From assembly GCA_964396445.1 (NCBI GenBank), contig CAYNFI010000001.1:30971-94970 (forward strand): DNA of 64,000 bases, written 5' to 3'. Every line of letters starts with the position of its first letter. Position 1 is the first letter of the stretch. The position numbers and the translations under genes were made by a program. Shown in pieces: positions 50,156-58,938 of this stretch. The stretch comes from an uncultured Candidatus Bathyarchaeia archaeon. GTDB lineage: Archaea; Thermoproteota; CALKCG01; B24; JAWCPE01. The notes below the pieces were generated by a model. The model was not told the origin of the DNA. It made no database searches and worked only from the letters and a program-made list of their open reading frames with translations.

Positions 50156-52309
50156 TTGAGGCTGGTATGGTTGCAGAGACTTTTTAAAGCCGCTGGAAGC
50201 CTTCCCCGCTGGGCGTTAAGAGGGTTTAGAGAACTTAAACTAAATTTAAAGGCTTCAAAAGCGACTTTGGCTACATGCACCGCCTTAATCCTCATAAGCG
50301 TCACTGCCTTCGCCATACGTGTTCAGCCAGCCACTTATGGCGTATACCTCTACGAGTTTGACCCTTATCTACAGTACCGCGTCACAGATTACATTTTAAA
50401 GAACGGGTTCCCAGCGTTTTTTTCTTGGCATGACAGCATGAGTTGGTACCCGTATGGGAGAGATATGTTCCGCTCAGTTTACCCCGGTTTACCCCTGACC
50501 GGAGCCGTACTCTACCAGCTTCTTACAACCCTCGGTATCCAAATTTCCTTATGGGACTTCGTCTGCTATTTCCCTCCCTTCATGGGTATTATGACGTGTC
50601 TAGCCGTATATTTTCTAGGTAAGGACCTCGGTGGGAAGCAGGTTGGACTCCTCTCAGCCCTGTTCATCGCCATCAGCCCAGCTCATGTCAGTAGAACCTT
50701 CCTAGGCTGGTACGATGATGAAACCGTTGGAATCTTCACACTCGTTCTCATCTTTATCTTCTACCTAAGGTCCTTGGAGCCTGAGAAGCCTTGGTTGAAA
50801 TCCACGGCCTACGCGGTGGCGTCGGGGCTAGCCTTAGGCTACTTAGGGGCTTCATGGGGAACCCAGCGCTACGCATTCGGGTTAATCGCCTTATTCACCT
50901 TCACCATCCTCCTTTTCAAGTACTCCACTAGGCTCACCGTTTCCTACGGTATCACTATGGGGCTTGGGCTGTACATAACCGCCTTGGTTCCCATGGAGGG
51001 GCTCGGCTTCATCTCTGAACTCACCGCTATGGCGTCTTTAGGCATCTTAGTCCTCCTTCTCTTCAGGGAGTTCCTAGGGGTTTTTGAAACGCGTAGGGCT
51101 AAAGCCCTGTCCACAATCTTCTTCCTAACCGCTATCTCAGTGCTCGCCTTGACCCTTTGGAATGTGGGTTTAATCTCGGGGCTTCCGACAAAGTATCAAT
51201 CAGTTTTAGAACCCATCTTTAGGACACAGTTCCCCCTCATAGAGTCCGTTGGTGAGCATCGCCCCTCAACTTGGGCGAGCTTCTTCAACTCCCTAGGCGT
51301 CCTCGTGTTGTTAGCTCCCCTCTTCCTCTTCTTCGCCCTTCAAAAACCCACTGAGCGAACCGTTTTCACAGCGATTTACACCCTTACCTCGCTGTACTTC
51401 GCCGCTTCCTTCGCCCGTTTAGAGCTTCTTCTAGGTCCGGCTTTCTCAGTGGCAGGCAGCTATACGCTTGTGGAGATCCTTAAACCCTTCATCGACATCG
51501 TCAGGGCTAAGCCCCTCCTGCTACGGAGGAGGGCTCGGTTTGAGGGTAGGGTAAGCAGAGAGCTATGCGTAATCTTTTTAGTCGTCATCTTCATCATATC
51601 TGTTCTCCCCTTGGCCTATCTTGGAATTAGGACGGCTCAGACTCCCGCGTCGATCCTCTCGTCATCCGTACCCGTAAGGGCGGTATTCACGGATTGGATG
51701 CAGGCACTCACTTGGATACGGGATAACCTACCTGAAAACGCCGTTGTCATGGCTTGGTGGGACTACGGGTACTGGATCACGGTTCTCGGGAACAAGACAA
51801 CCCTCGCGGATAATGGAACCCTCAACTGGCAACAGATCGCCAACATCGGTCGCGCCTTCATCTCCACCGAGGAAGAGGCTTTACCGATCATGAAGAGTCG
51901 CAACGTCACGCACGTCGCTGTCTTCGTTGACTTCCGCAGCCACAGCCAATTAAGTGGGCAGCAGGGGTACGGGATTTACCAGGCTGGGGGCTACGGGGAA
52001 GAGAATAAGTTCATCTGGATGGTTAGGATCGCTAACGGTGAATTCGGGGGCTTCAACGAATCCGATTACATCGATGAGAATGGCTACCTCACACAGAAGT
52101 ACCAGGAATCCCTTATAGGGAGACTCATACCATACGATTTCGGTCTGTACCCAACCCAAACAGGGGGGTACATCCCCTACTACACCGGTCCATCATATCA
52201 CACCCTAGACCATCTAAAGCTTGTCTTCGTATCCAACAGCATCGCCAAAGGAGGCACTGATGGATGGTGGTACGGCGGCGTCGTCATCTACGAAGTCGAT
52301 TACCCGTAA
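50156..52309 (+). CDS. aglB: Archaeal oligosaccharyltransferase AglB (STT3 homolog)
   Basis: 13-TM N-terminal domain, the WWDYGYW motif, and a C-terminal periplasmic domain with a DK-like region; 717 aa. Confidence 0.92.
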   Translation: MRLVWLQRLFKAAGSLPRWALRGFRELKLNLKASKATLATCTALILISVTAFAIRVQPATYGVYLYEFDPYLQYRVTDYILKNGFPAFFSWHDSMSWYPYGRDMFRSVYPGLPLTGAVLYQLLTTLGIQISLWDFVCYFPPFMGIMTCLAVYFLGKDLGGKQVGLLSALFIAISPAHVSRTFLGWYDDETVGIFTLVLIFIFYLRSLEPEKPWLKSTAYAVASGLALGYLGASWGTQRYAFGLIALFTFTILLFKYSTRLTVSYGITMGLGLYITALVPMEGLGFISELTAMASLGILVLLLFREFLGVFETRRAKALSTIFFLTAISVLALTLWNVGLISGLPTKYQSVLEPIFRTQFPLIESVGEHRPSTWASFFNSLGVLVLLAPLFLFFALQKPTERTVFTAIYTLTSLYFAASFARLELLLGPAFSVAGSYTLVEILKPFIDIVRAKPLLLRRRARFEGRVSRELCVIFLVVIFIISVLPLAYLGIRTAQTPASILSSSVPVRAVFTDWMQALTWIRDNLPENAVVMAWWDYGYWITVLGNKTTLADNGTLNWQQIANIGRAFISTEEEALPIMKSRNVTHVAVFVDFRSHSQLSGQQGYGIYQAGGYGEENKFIWMVRIANGEFGGFNESDYIDENGYLTQKYQESLIGRLIPYDFGLYPTQTGGYIPYYTGPSYHTLDHLKLVFVSNSIAKGGTDGWWYGGVVIYEVDYP

Positions 52310-52457
52310 CCCGCTAATTGAAAGCCCTTTTACCAACTCTTCCTATATCCTCGAATACAATTTTGAAGAATATAAAATCCCTTAGCATAAACCCCTCATG
52401 GTTAATGCTTATCGCAGCGATAACGACTGAGGTGTGGCTTCTAACCCTCGAAGATAG

Positions 52458-53123
52458 TCAACCAATGCTCCACGTACTTAGGAGTTGGGGAAGCTTGGAA
52501 ATATCCTTGATAACCTTTGTAGGCCTCGCTTCCATAAGCTCTTCAAGGCTTTGAACACCTGTGAGAACCGCTATTGTAGGCATGCCGGCTCCTTTTCCCG
52601 CCAAGATATCGTAAACGCTATCGCCGACTGCGATACAACGTTGAGGGTTTAAACCCATCGTCGCCGCGGCTTTCAACATCATCTCCGGGTGGGGTTTCCC
52701 ATGTTCCACATCGTCCATTGAAACAACGGCGTCAACGTAGGGCATCAAGTTGAAGAACAGCAGCGTCTGCTCAACAACCGGTCTGGGGTTGGATGAAGCC
52801 ACCGCGCAGTCGTAACCCATTGCCTTAACTTTCTTAAGGGCTTTATTGGCTCCGGGAACCAGTTGGCTTTGAAGGATGCCTTCCCACTGGAAGAGCTTGT
52901 CCTTCAAGAGCGCGCATGCCTCAGCATCTTCCCTTGAAGCCCCAGGCATCAAAGCCTCCGCGATTCCAGCCGATGTTTTTCCCAACTGCCTTCGAACCTC
53001 TTCATCGCTCCGCTTGACCCCGAAGGACTTCAAAGCTTTTTTCCAAACCGATACATGAGCCTTAGAGGAATCGATCAACGTCCCGTCCAAGTCCACTATT
53101 ATCCCCCTTCCCACAGTGTCCAC
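52458..53123 (-). CDS. HAD-superfamily hydrolase (beta-phosphoglucomutase/phosphatase-like)
   Basis: Motif I DLDGTLIDS, motif II S/T, and motif III ...GDSVYD. Confidence 0.8.
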   Translation of the reverse strand: MDTVGRGIIVDLDGTLIDSSKAHVSVWKKALKSFGVKRSDEEVRRQLGKTSAGIAEALMPGASREDAEACALLKDKLFQWEGILQSQLVPGANKALKKVKAMGYDCAVASSNPRPVVEQTLLFFNLMPYVDAVVSMDDVEHGKPHPEMMLKAAATMGLNPQRCIAVGDSVYDILAGKGAGMPTIAVLTGVQSLEELMEARPTKVIKDISKLPQLLSTWSIG

Positions 53124-53312
53124 AGCCCCCTAAACATTAGAGAGGTAAGTGAAACCATTTTAACCATTAATGGATTAGTTTAACGGTTAACCCGTGTGAG
53201 TCTCTGGTATACAAGGTTACGGTAACGTTGAGATACTAAATTGACGGTTTAGCTAAGCCGTCTGCGAGGTAAGCAAGCATCATGTGATAAAAATAATCGC
53301 GGTTTTTAACAC

Positions 53313-53876
53313 CTATTCTTCCCCGGTTTCCAGCTTTAACGCCGCTCCCTGCTTGATGAGGGCTTCAGCGTTTTCTATGGGAAGCAGAGCCACGTCCTCT
53401 GGTTTAAAGGGACCATAGGCTCGCATATCCGCTCCTATTATAGTGGGGGTTTCTTTTAGGAATCGGATGAGCGCCATCGTCGGCGTAGATGATGCGATAT
53501 CGGTGCCTATGCGTGGTCCCCTTCCCTCCGTGATGTCTTCAACCATCTTAACATAGGATTTTGTGAGGTGGCTGAGGTTAGAGTGGAGGCTTTCCTCCTC
53601 CAATGTTAGCCTGTCTACCGGGATCTCTTCCCCTTTGAGGAGTCCTGTAACAAGCTTCGTAAGCCTTAGATCGAGGAGTTCCTTGGTAAGTCTCCGCGTG
53701 TTTCCGAGTTCAGCGGTGAGGATTCTACCCCTTAGAGACCGTTCATCCGTAGCCCTGACCTCTTCTAGGAGGGTTTTCATGAAATAGCTTAACTCCGTGT
53801 AGAAACCCTTCGGAAGTTGTTGAATCTCTCTGCCATCTCCCTCGTTCTTCCAAGCCTGAAAAAGCCTATCATACAT
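53313..53876 (-). CDS. gins51: GINS complex subunit Gins51 (Gins15)
   Basis: N-terminal helical A-domain (MYDRLFQAWKNE...QQLPKGFY...) and a small C-terminal B-domain (..YGPFKPEDVALLP..A..LIKQGAA); operonic with priS, the Gins15-PriS linkage I recall from Sulfolobus. Confidence 0.7.
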   Translation of the reverse strand: MYDRLFQAWKNEGDGREIQQLPKGFYTELSYFMKTLLEEVRATDERSLRGRILTAELGNTRRLTKELLDLRLTKLVTGLLKGEEIPVDRLTLEEESLHSNLSHLTKSYVKMVEDITEGRGPRIGTDIASSTPTMALIRFLKETPTIIGADMRAYGPFKPEDVALLPIENAEALIKQGAALKLETGEE

Positions 53877-53898
53877 AGGTTTTTACCTCACCTACGCA

Positions 53899-55122
53899 TC
53901 AGCTTAGAGTCGCCACTCCTTTACAGAGGAGGAGCATAGCCGCTGCCGTAGGCAACTCCTCATCCTCATCCGTGTAAGGTCCATAGTGAACGTCTCCGAG
54001 GCGGAAAGGGTACGCGTATTCGATGTGAAGCCTCACCGTGCCATTGGTGAAGGCTATTGAAGCTTTTAAGGGGTCGAAGCCTTCCAGTCCCCACGGTGCT
54101 ACAGAGGTTTTCGAAAGCCCTGTTTTCCCGTGGAGTGTGCCTCCGAGCCTTATGAGGCGGTGTACATCCGTTGTGACGACTGTGTCGACGAGAGCTGATT
54201 GTCTCTCAACGGCTTTAAGGCATAGCTTCTCCCAGGCTTTAAAACCCATACCCTTAACCATCCCCCATGGGTTGCCTTCCCACCAAGTTTTCAGAAGCTC
54301 ATCCTTGTACTTTACGAGGGTATCCGCGATGTTCCTCCTCAATCCAAGCTCTGCGAGGGTTCCATCTGAAGCCGTTAGGAGGGTTTCGTAAACGCCCTTC
54401 ATAAGCCTCGTCCTCCACCCGCCTTCTTCAAGCCTAGGCCCAGACTCTCCTTTAAGCCCGTGGTACATCGGTTTTAAACCCATGCCTAGGACGTAGTCAA
54501 CGATCTCCTTCCTCGCCATTTGGTCGAGGTCCTTCACGGAGGGGCTTTCCACATGTACATGGTAGCCTCTATGCCCGCTAAAGTAGACCTGAATCTCCTG
54601 AGGTGAGAAACCGAGGTCTTCTCCGAGAATGTCGATAAGCTTTAAGGTTTCACCTTTAGCAGCTTCAAGGCATCGTTCACAGAACCAAGGCTCTTCCTTA
54701 AACCTCTGAGAGCCGCAGCTGGGGCAGTTCTCCGGAGACGTACCCTTACCCACGCTTTGACAGTCTAGGCAGGTCCAGCGGTCGTGGTCGCGTTTACAAT
54801 CTGTGGGTATATGGTCTGCGTCGATGTCGAAGCAGAGGTCTGCGCCAAGCCAACCCTTCCGCTCCATATCCTCCGTCGGTCTTTCATAGTAGGCGGAGGA
54901 GTAGTAGCAGTCAGATGGGTTTGTTAACTGTATGAATCGGATGAGGTCTTGGAAATCTGGAAAACCCTTATGACGGACCATAACCCTTTCCTTAAGGGTT
55001 AGGAAGCCAAACTCCCTCTGGGTTAGATTCTTAGGCGCCACAACTGAGTCTCCATGCTTCCTATAGTATTCAGAGAACTTTTTTTGAATGAAGAGAACGT
55101 TCTTCCCAACGGCGACGCTCAA
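53899..55122 (-). CDS. priS: DNA primase small catalytic subunit PriS
   Basis: Catalytic motif LCFDIDADH, the zinc motif CKRDHDRWTCLDC...CPSCGS, and a RRM-like palm; 407 aa. Confidence 0.85.
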   Translation of the reverse strand: MSVAVGKNVLFIQKKFSEYYRKHGDSVVAPKNLTQREFGFLTLKERVMVRHKGFPDFQDLIRFIQLTNPSDCYYSSAYYERPTEDMERKGWLGADLCFDIDADHIPTDCKRDHDRWTCLDCQSVGKGTSPENCPSCGSQRFKEEPWFCERCLEAAKGETLKLIDILGEDLGFSPQEIQVYFSGHRGYHVHVESPSVKDLDQMARKEIVDYVLGMGLKPMYHGLKGESGPRLEEGGWRTRLMKGVYETLLTASDGTLAELGLRRNIADTLVKYKDELLKTWWEGNPWGMVKGMGFKAWEKLCLKAVERQSALVDTVVTTDVHRLIRLGGTLHGKTGLSKTSVAPWGLEGFDPLKASIAFTNGTVRLHIEYAYPFRLGDVHYGPYTDEDEELPTAAAMLLLCKGVATLS

Positions 55123-55416
55123 CTACTACGCCTTCCCAAGTAGAGGACTTAAACACCCGTTATAAGTATGCGCACAGTGATAAAAACTAGATTGTTTTAC
55201 CGTCTCGCTTATGATAAACACAATCTTCAGATACGCCATATAAAAATATTCACGGTGAAGACTATGAAACCTGCTCTAATAATCCCGACCATGATTAAAA
55301 CCTAAAGCTAATCCTTTAAGCTATTAGACTTAACTATGACCACATGTCCCTTGTTATCCATTGAAACACCATTTCACTATTTTAAGCCTTCTAAGTCCCA
55401 GTATTTATTACAATCA

Positions 55417-55432
55417 GTTACTTGCAAGTAAC
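55417..55432. promoter_or_regulatory. Perfect 16-bp palindrome gttacttgcaagtaac upstream of the surface-protein gene
   Basis: Lies about 55-70 nt upstream of the start codon in an AT-rich intergenic region; a cttaaatg TATA-like element lies between it and the start. Confidence 0.3.
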
Positions 55433-55484
55433 CACTTACCAGATGAACTTAAATGCTACTTAACCCCCCTCTTGTTCGATTTAT

Positions 55485-58040
55485 ATGAGGCTTAAAAAGA
55501 TGTTTCTCTTGCTGTTTCTTTTTTCGACGTTGTTGGTCACATATATGCCTTCCAAGGCTTCAGCGGGGGTTTTTATAGGTTTAACAACCGTAACGCTGTA
55601 CGCGATGGCTGATGCTTATGTAAACGCAACAGACCCTTACACCAATTATGGTAACGTCACTTCCCTAGAGTTGGGCCTCAGCGAAGGGGAGCATCGAAGA
55701 TACGCTTACATTACGTTCAACTTGTCCACCATTCCATCCGATGCTACTATAATCTCAGGTGAACTCGCCGTTTATCTTTCCTCTATATCAGGATACGTAG
55801 CCTCAATCGGAGTCCACCGTTGCGCTGACATCTCTTGGGAGGAACGTGAGGTCACTTGGAGTAACAAACCGGGATTCACAGCGGAGGCTACAGACAGCGT
55901 TTACTTTGGTACGTTGGTTATAGTGAACCGTCGCTACTATTGGAATGTAACCGCCGATGTGCAGGACGCTTTAAACATTGGGAGATTGACGGAGGTTCTC
56001 AAGTTTGAGTGGTCAGACAAGCATACTTACGCCTCTTTCCGATCTAGGGAAACTACCTCCGCTCCCTACCTGAAAATCGAGTATATCACCCCACCCGTCT
56101 ACGATGTCCATGTAGACTCAGTTCAGGACACGGGTGTAACATCTAACCTAGGAACCATCGCCATAGGGGATGCCGTTTTAGAACTTCCACAGGACATGGT
56201 TGCCAAACGAGGAAGCTATCAATTGGCATACAACAGCGGCTACATCTTCCTCAGATGGGAGACAAGCGGGGGTGTAAGCGTCTCCGATGTCTACGCTCAA
56301 AACACAACCGTCTTTGTTCTGGGGTCAGGCACACTTAGGGCTGTTGGAAATGCGCGGTTGATTGAGTATTTCTACGATGATGGTGCATATGATATGTCAA
56401 GTTACGGTAAACAAGGTGAAATACAGGCGATCAGGATCACGCCGTTGCTTTCAGACAAACTCGTCATCGCACGCTTTTATTTTACCTCCGTTTCGCCAAC
56501 GACGCCGTTCAAGGTCCACGTCATGGACGGTGACCGGAGAGACTTGATTGCCCCGTTTAACCAAACACCTACAGTTAAGGGTTGGTTTGACATCGACCTA
56601 TCAGGTTATGGTCTAACTGTGAACGCTGGAACCGACTTCTACATCGGGGTAGAATGGACAACTGACTATTCTCCCCAACTTGGATATGACCAGAGCAGCC
56701 CTAACAATCGAAGCTGGTATTGGGATGGAACAACGTGGAAAACCAACACGTATCAGGACTATATGATAAGAGCCATTGTGGGGACGCCTAGAGCCTCGAG
56801 TACCATCTCATGCTCCACCTCACCAACCTCCATCGTTATAGGTTCAAACGTCACAGTTTCAGGCTTAGTCAACCCAGTCCACAGCGGAGCCAAGGTCACG
56901 TTGACGTTTACAAGACCAGACAGCGTCGTTGTTAAGAGGACTGTAACACCTTCAGTTACGGGAGAGTACAACTTTACTTATACACCGGATAGAGCGGGTT
57001 TATGGAAAGTGAAGGCTGACTGGTCTGGCGATGAGGACCATAATGGCGCCATGAGCCCTGCAGCCTCATTCACCGTAAGCAAAGCCTCGAGTTCCATCTC
57101 ATGCAGTCTCTCCTCATCCACCATCCTATTAGGAGAAACCGTTAACATCAGCGGGTCGATTTCACCAACCCACCCAAATCTAACTGTTTACATACGGTAC
57201 AGTAGGGATGGGGGAACATGGGATACCGTCACAACCACTACGGATTCTATGGGCGTCTACTCATACACATGGGCTCCGAGAGTAGGGTCTTACAGCGTCC
57301 GGTCCTACTGGGATGGTGACGCGGACCACAATGGGTCTACAAGCCTTGAGCAATCTATCAAGGTCCTTAAAAACGCCTCAACCATAACCTGCACCCTTAA
57401 CCCGGAAACAATAACCATCGGCGCGTCCACCACGATCTCAGGTATCATATCCCCATCCCATACAGCCTCAGTTACCGTACGGTACAGCAAGGATGGTGGG
57501 ATCACTTGGATAACCATAACCGCTACAACTTCCCAACAAAATGGAAGCTACTCCTATGCTTGGAAGCCTACACTCGGCACCTATCAGGTGAAAGCCTCAT
57601 GGCTCGGCGACGCGGAGCATGAGGGAGCTGAAAGCCAGATTCAGACATTAACCGTGGCTAAGGCTTCGAGTACTATCTCATGCTCCGTCTCTCCTGAGAA
57701 GGTTAAGAAAAATGAGGCGGTTACGGTTTTAGGCTCGATTTCCCCTGTGCATGCTGGTGTAAGCTTAACTTTAACCTATAAAAGACCAGATGGTTCAACT
57801 TTTACGCGCACATTGGCGACAACCGCTACTGGGACGTTCAACGAAATGTATAAACCAGAAACCACCGGTTCATGGAGTGTAACGGCTAGGTGGGAAGGTG
57901 ATCAAGACCATAGCCCAGCTACAAGCACAGCGTTCACGTTCGTCGTGGAAGAAGATTTTCCAATCTTACCGATTGCCATTGCCTTGATAGCCGTTGCAGC
58001 CGTAATCCTCTACTTCCTCCTAAAGCGGGGGAGAGGCTAA
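55485..58040 (+). CDS. Secreted, membrane-anchored surface protein with four tandem Ig-like repeats
   Basis: Signal peptide MRLKKMFLLLFLFSTLLVTYMPSKASA; an N-terminal region of about 430 aa; four 96-97-aa repeats of the form ASSTISCS..S...I..G..V..SG.ISP.H...V...Y.R.DG...T..T.T....G.Y...W.P...G.W.V.A.W.GD.DH.G; a C-terminal TM anchor PILPIAIALIAVAAVILYFLLKRGRG. Confidence 0.8.
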   Translation: MRLKKMFLLLFLFSTLLVTYMPSKASAGVFIGLTTVTLYAMADAYVNATDPYTNYGNVTSLELGLSEGEHRRYAYITFNLSTIPSDATIISGELAVYLSSISGYVASIGVHRCADISWEEREVTWSNKPGFTAEATDSVYFGTLVIVNRRYYWNVTADVQDALNIGRLTEVLKFEWSDKHTYASFRSRETTSAPYLKIEYITPPVYDVHVDSVQDTGVTSNLGTIAIGDAVLELPQDMVAKRGSYQLAYNSGYIFLRWETSGGVSVSDVYAQNTTVFVLGSGTLRAVGNARLIEYFYDDGAYDMSSYGKQGEIQAIRITPLLSDKLVIARFYFTSVSPTTPFKVHVMDGDRRDLIAPFNQTPTVKGWFDIDLSGYGLTVNAGTDFYIGVEWTTDYSPQLGYDQSSPNNRSWYWDGTTWKTNTYQDYMIRAIVGTPRASSTISCSTSPTSIVIGSNVTVSGLVNPVHSGAKVTLTFTRPDSVVVKRTVTPSVTGEYNFTYTPDRAGLWKVKADWSGDEDHNGAMSPAASFTVSKASSSISCSLSSSTILLGETVNISGSISPTHPNLTVYIRYSRDGGTWDTVTTTTDSMGVYSYTWAPRVGSYSVRSYWDGDADHNGSTSLEQSIKVLKNASTITCTLNPETITIGASTTISGIISPSHTASVTVRYSKDGGITWITITATTSQQNGSYSYAWKPTLGTYQVKASWLGDAEHEGAESQIQTLTVAKASSTISCSVSPEKVKKNEAVTVLGSISPVHAGVSLTLTYKRPDGSTFTRTLATTATGTFNEMYKPETTGSWSVTARWEGDQDHSPATSTAFTFVVEEDFPILPIAIALIAVAAVILYFLLKRGRG
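56792..57950 (+). repeat. Four tandem domain-coding repeats of about 290 nt inside the surface-protein gene
   Basis: Repeat starts at 56792, 57084, 57375 and 57663, each opening with gcctcgagt(a/t)ccatctcatgc-like sequence; conserved at protein level. Confidence 0.8.
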
Positions 58041-58095
58041 GAGATTAGGAATCATTTACAGAAATGACTTGTGCATACAGAACGGTTCCTACACT

Positions 58096-58911
58096 TCACG
58101 GTTTTAAGCTGTACAGCGTCGCTTCTCTCCATAAGTATGCGAAGTATTCCTTCGCTAATCGCACTAATCCGCTGTGCTCCGCCCATATAGCTGCGCTGGG
58201 TTTACCCCCCTCTTCACCGACTAGTAGGATCGCTTCTCTACCGTCAGATATGGCTCCTCCTCCGAACATCTGGTCTCTAATACGGACCTCAGCTAGGTTA
58301 CTAAGCGAATTGAGGTTCCCATCTTCACCCATGGTTGTCATAACCATGATCCTCACCCCTCTTACCTTTAACTGTGTAAGTTTTGGGCTTAGGTTCTCGA
58401 TCAAAGCCCTAGTTGAGGCGGGTACGGCGATCAGAAGCTCATCCTTTGAGTTTAAGGCGAGTTCGAAGAACCTTGAAAGTATGTTGTATTCACCGTGGAT
58501 AATCCAGATGTCAGGTTTCTCCCTAACCTCCCGTTTCTCATACATGGGCTGAAGCTCAGCCATAACGGCTTTCTCAGCCTCCTGAACCTCAGCCTCCGCC
58601 TTCAAGAGGCTCGTCCTCACTGCGGTTTCAGGTGGTATCGGGTAGTACTTCGCCGGTCTCTCCCTGCTGCTCTCGATCCAGCCCTTAGCCTCCAACCTAC
58701 CGAGAACCTCGTAGACCTTTGAGTAAGGGATATCCCCGGCTTCACAGACCTCCTTCGCCGTCATGTCACCGTGTTTCAGCAACGCGAGATAGGCTTTCCG
58801 CTCATACATGGATAAGCCGAGTCTCGCCAAAGCTTCTTCCACACGCCTACTTATCTCCAAGGTTTTCCACCTTTTCACCAGATAAATTGTCTGGAAATCT
58901 TTAAATCTCAA
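58096..58911 (-). CDS. TrmB-family transcriptional regulator
   Basis: N-terminal TrmB HTH (YLALLKHGDMTAKEVCEAGDIPYSKVYEVLGRLEAKGWIE) plus a C-terminal effector domain; 271 aa. Confidence 0.85.
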   Translation of the reverse strand: MRFKDFQTIYLVKRWKTLEISRRVEEALARLGLSMYERKAYLALLKHGDMTAKEVCEAGDIPYSKVYEVLGRLEAKGWIESSRERPAKYYPIPPETAVRTSLLKAEAEVQEAEKAVMAELQPMYEKREVREKPDIWIIHGEYNILSRFFELALNSKDELLIAVPASTRALIENLSPKLTQLKVRGVRIMVMTTMGEDGNLNSLSNLAEVRIRDQMFGGGAISDGREAILLVGEEGGKPSAAIWAEHSGLVRLAKEYFAYLWREATLYSLKP

Positions 58912-58938
58912 CCTTAGCGGATTAACTTACACCTTTCA

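Noticed and set aside
52318-52554. 78-aa plus-strand ORF after aglB
   Set aside because: It overlaps the 3' end of the HAD hydrolase gene on the opposite strand and is probably spurious.
58064-58552. 162-aa plus-strand ORF overlapping the TrmB regulator gene
   Set aside because: It is antisense to a well-supported TrmB-family CDS and has no motifs.
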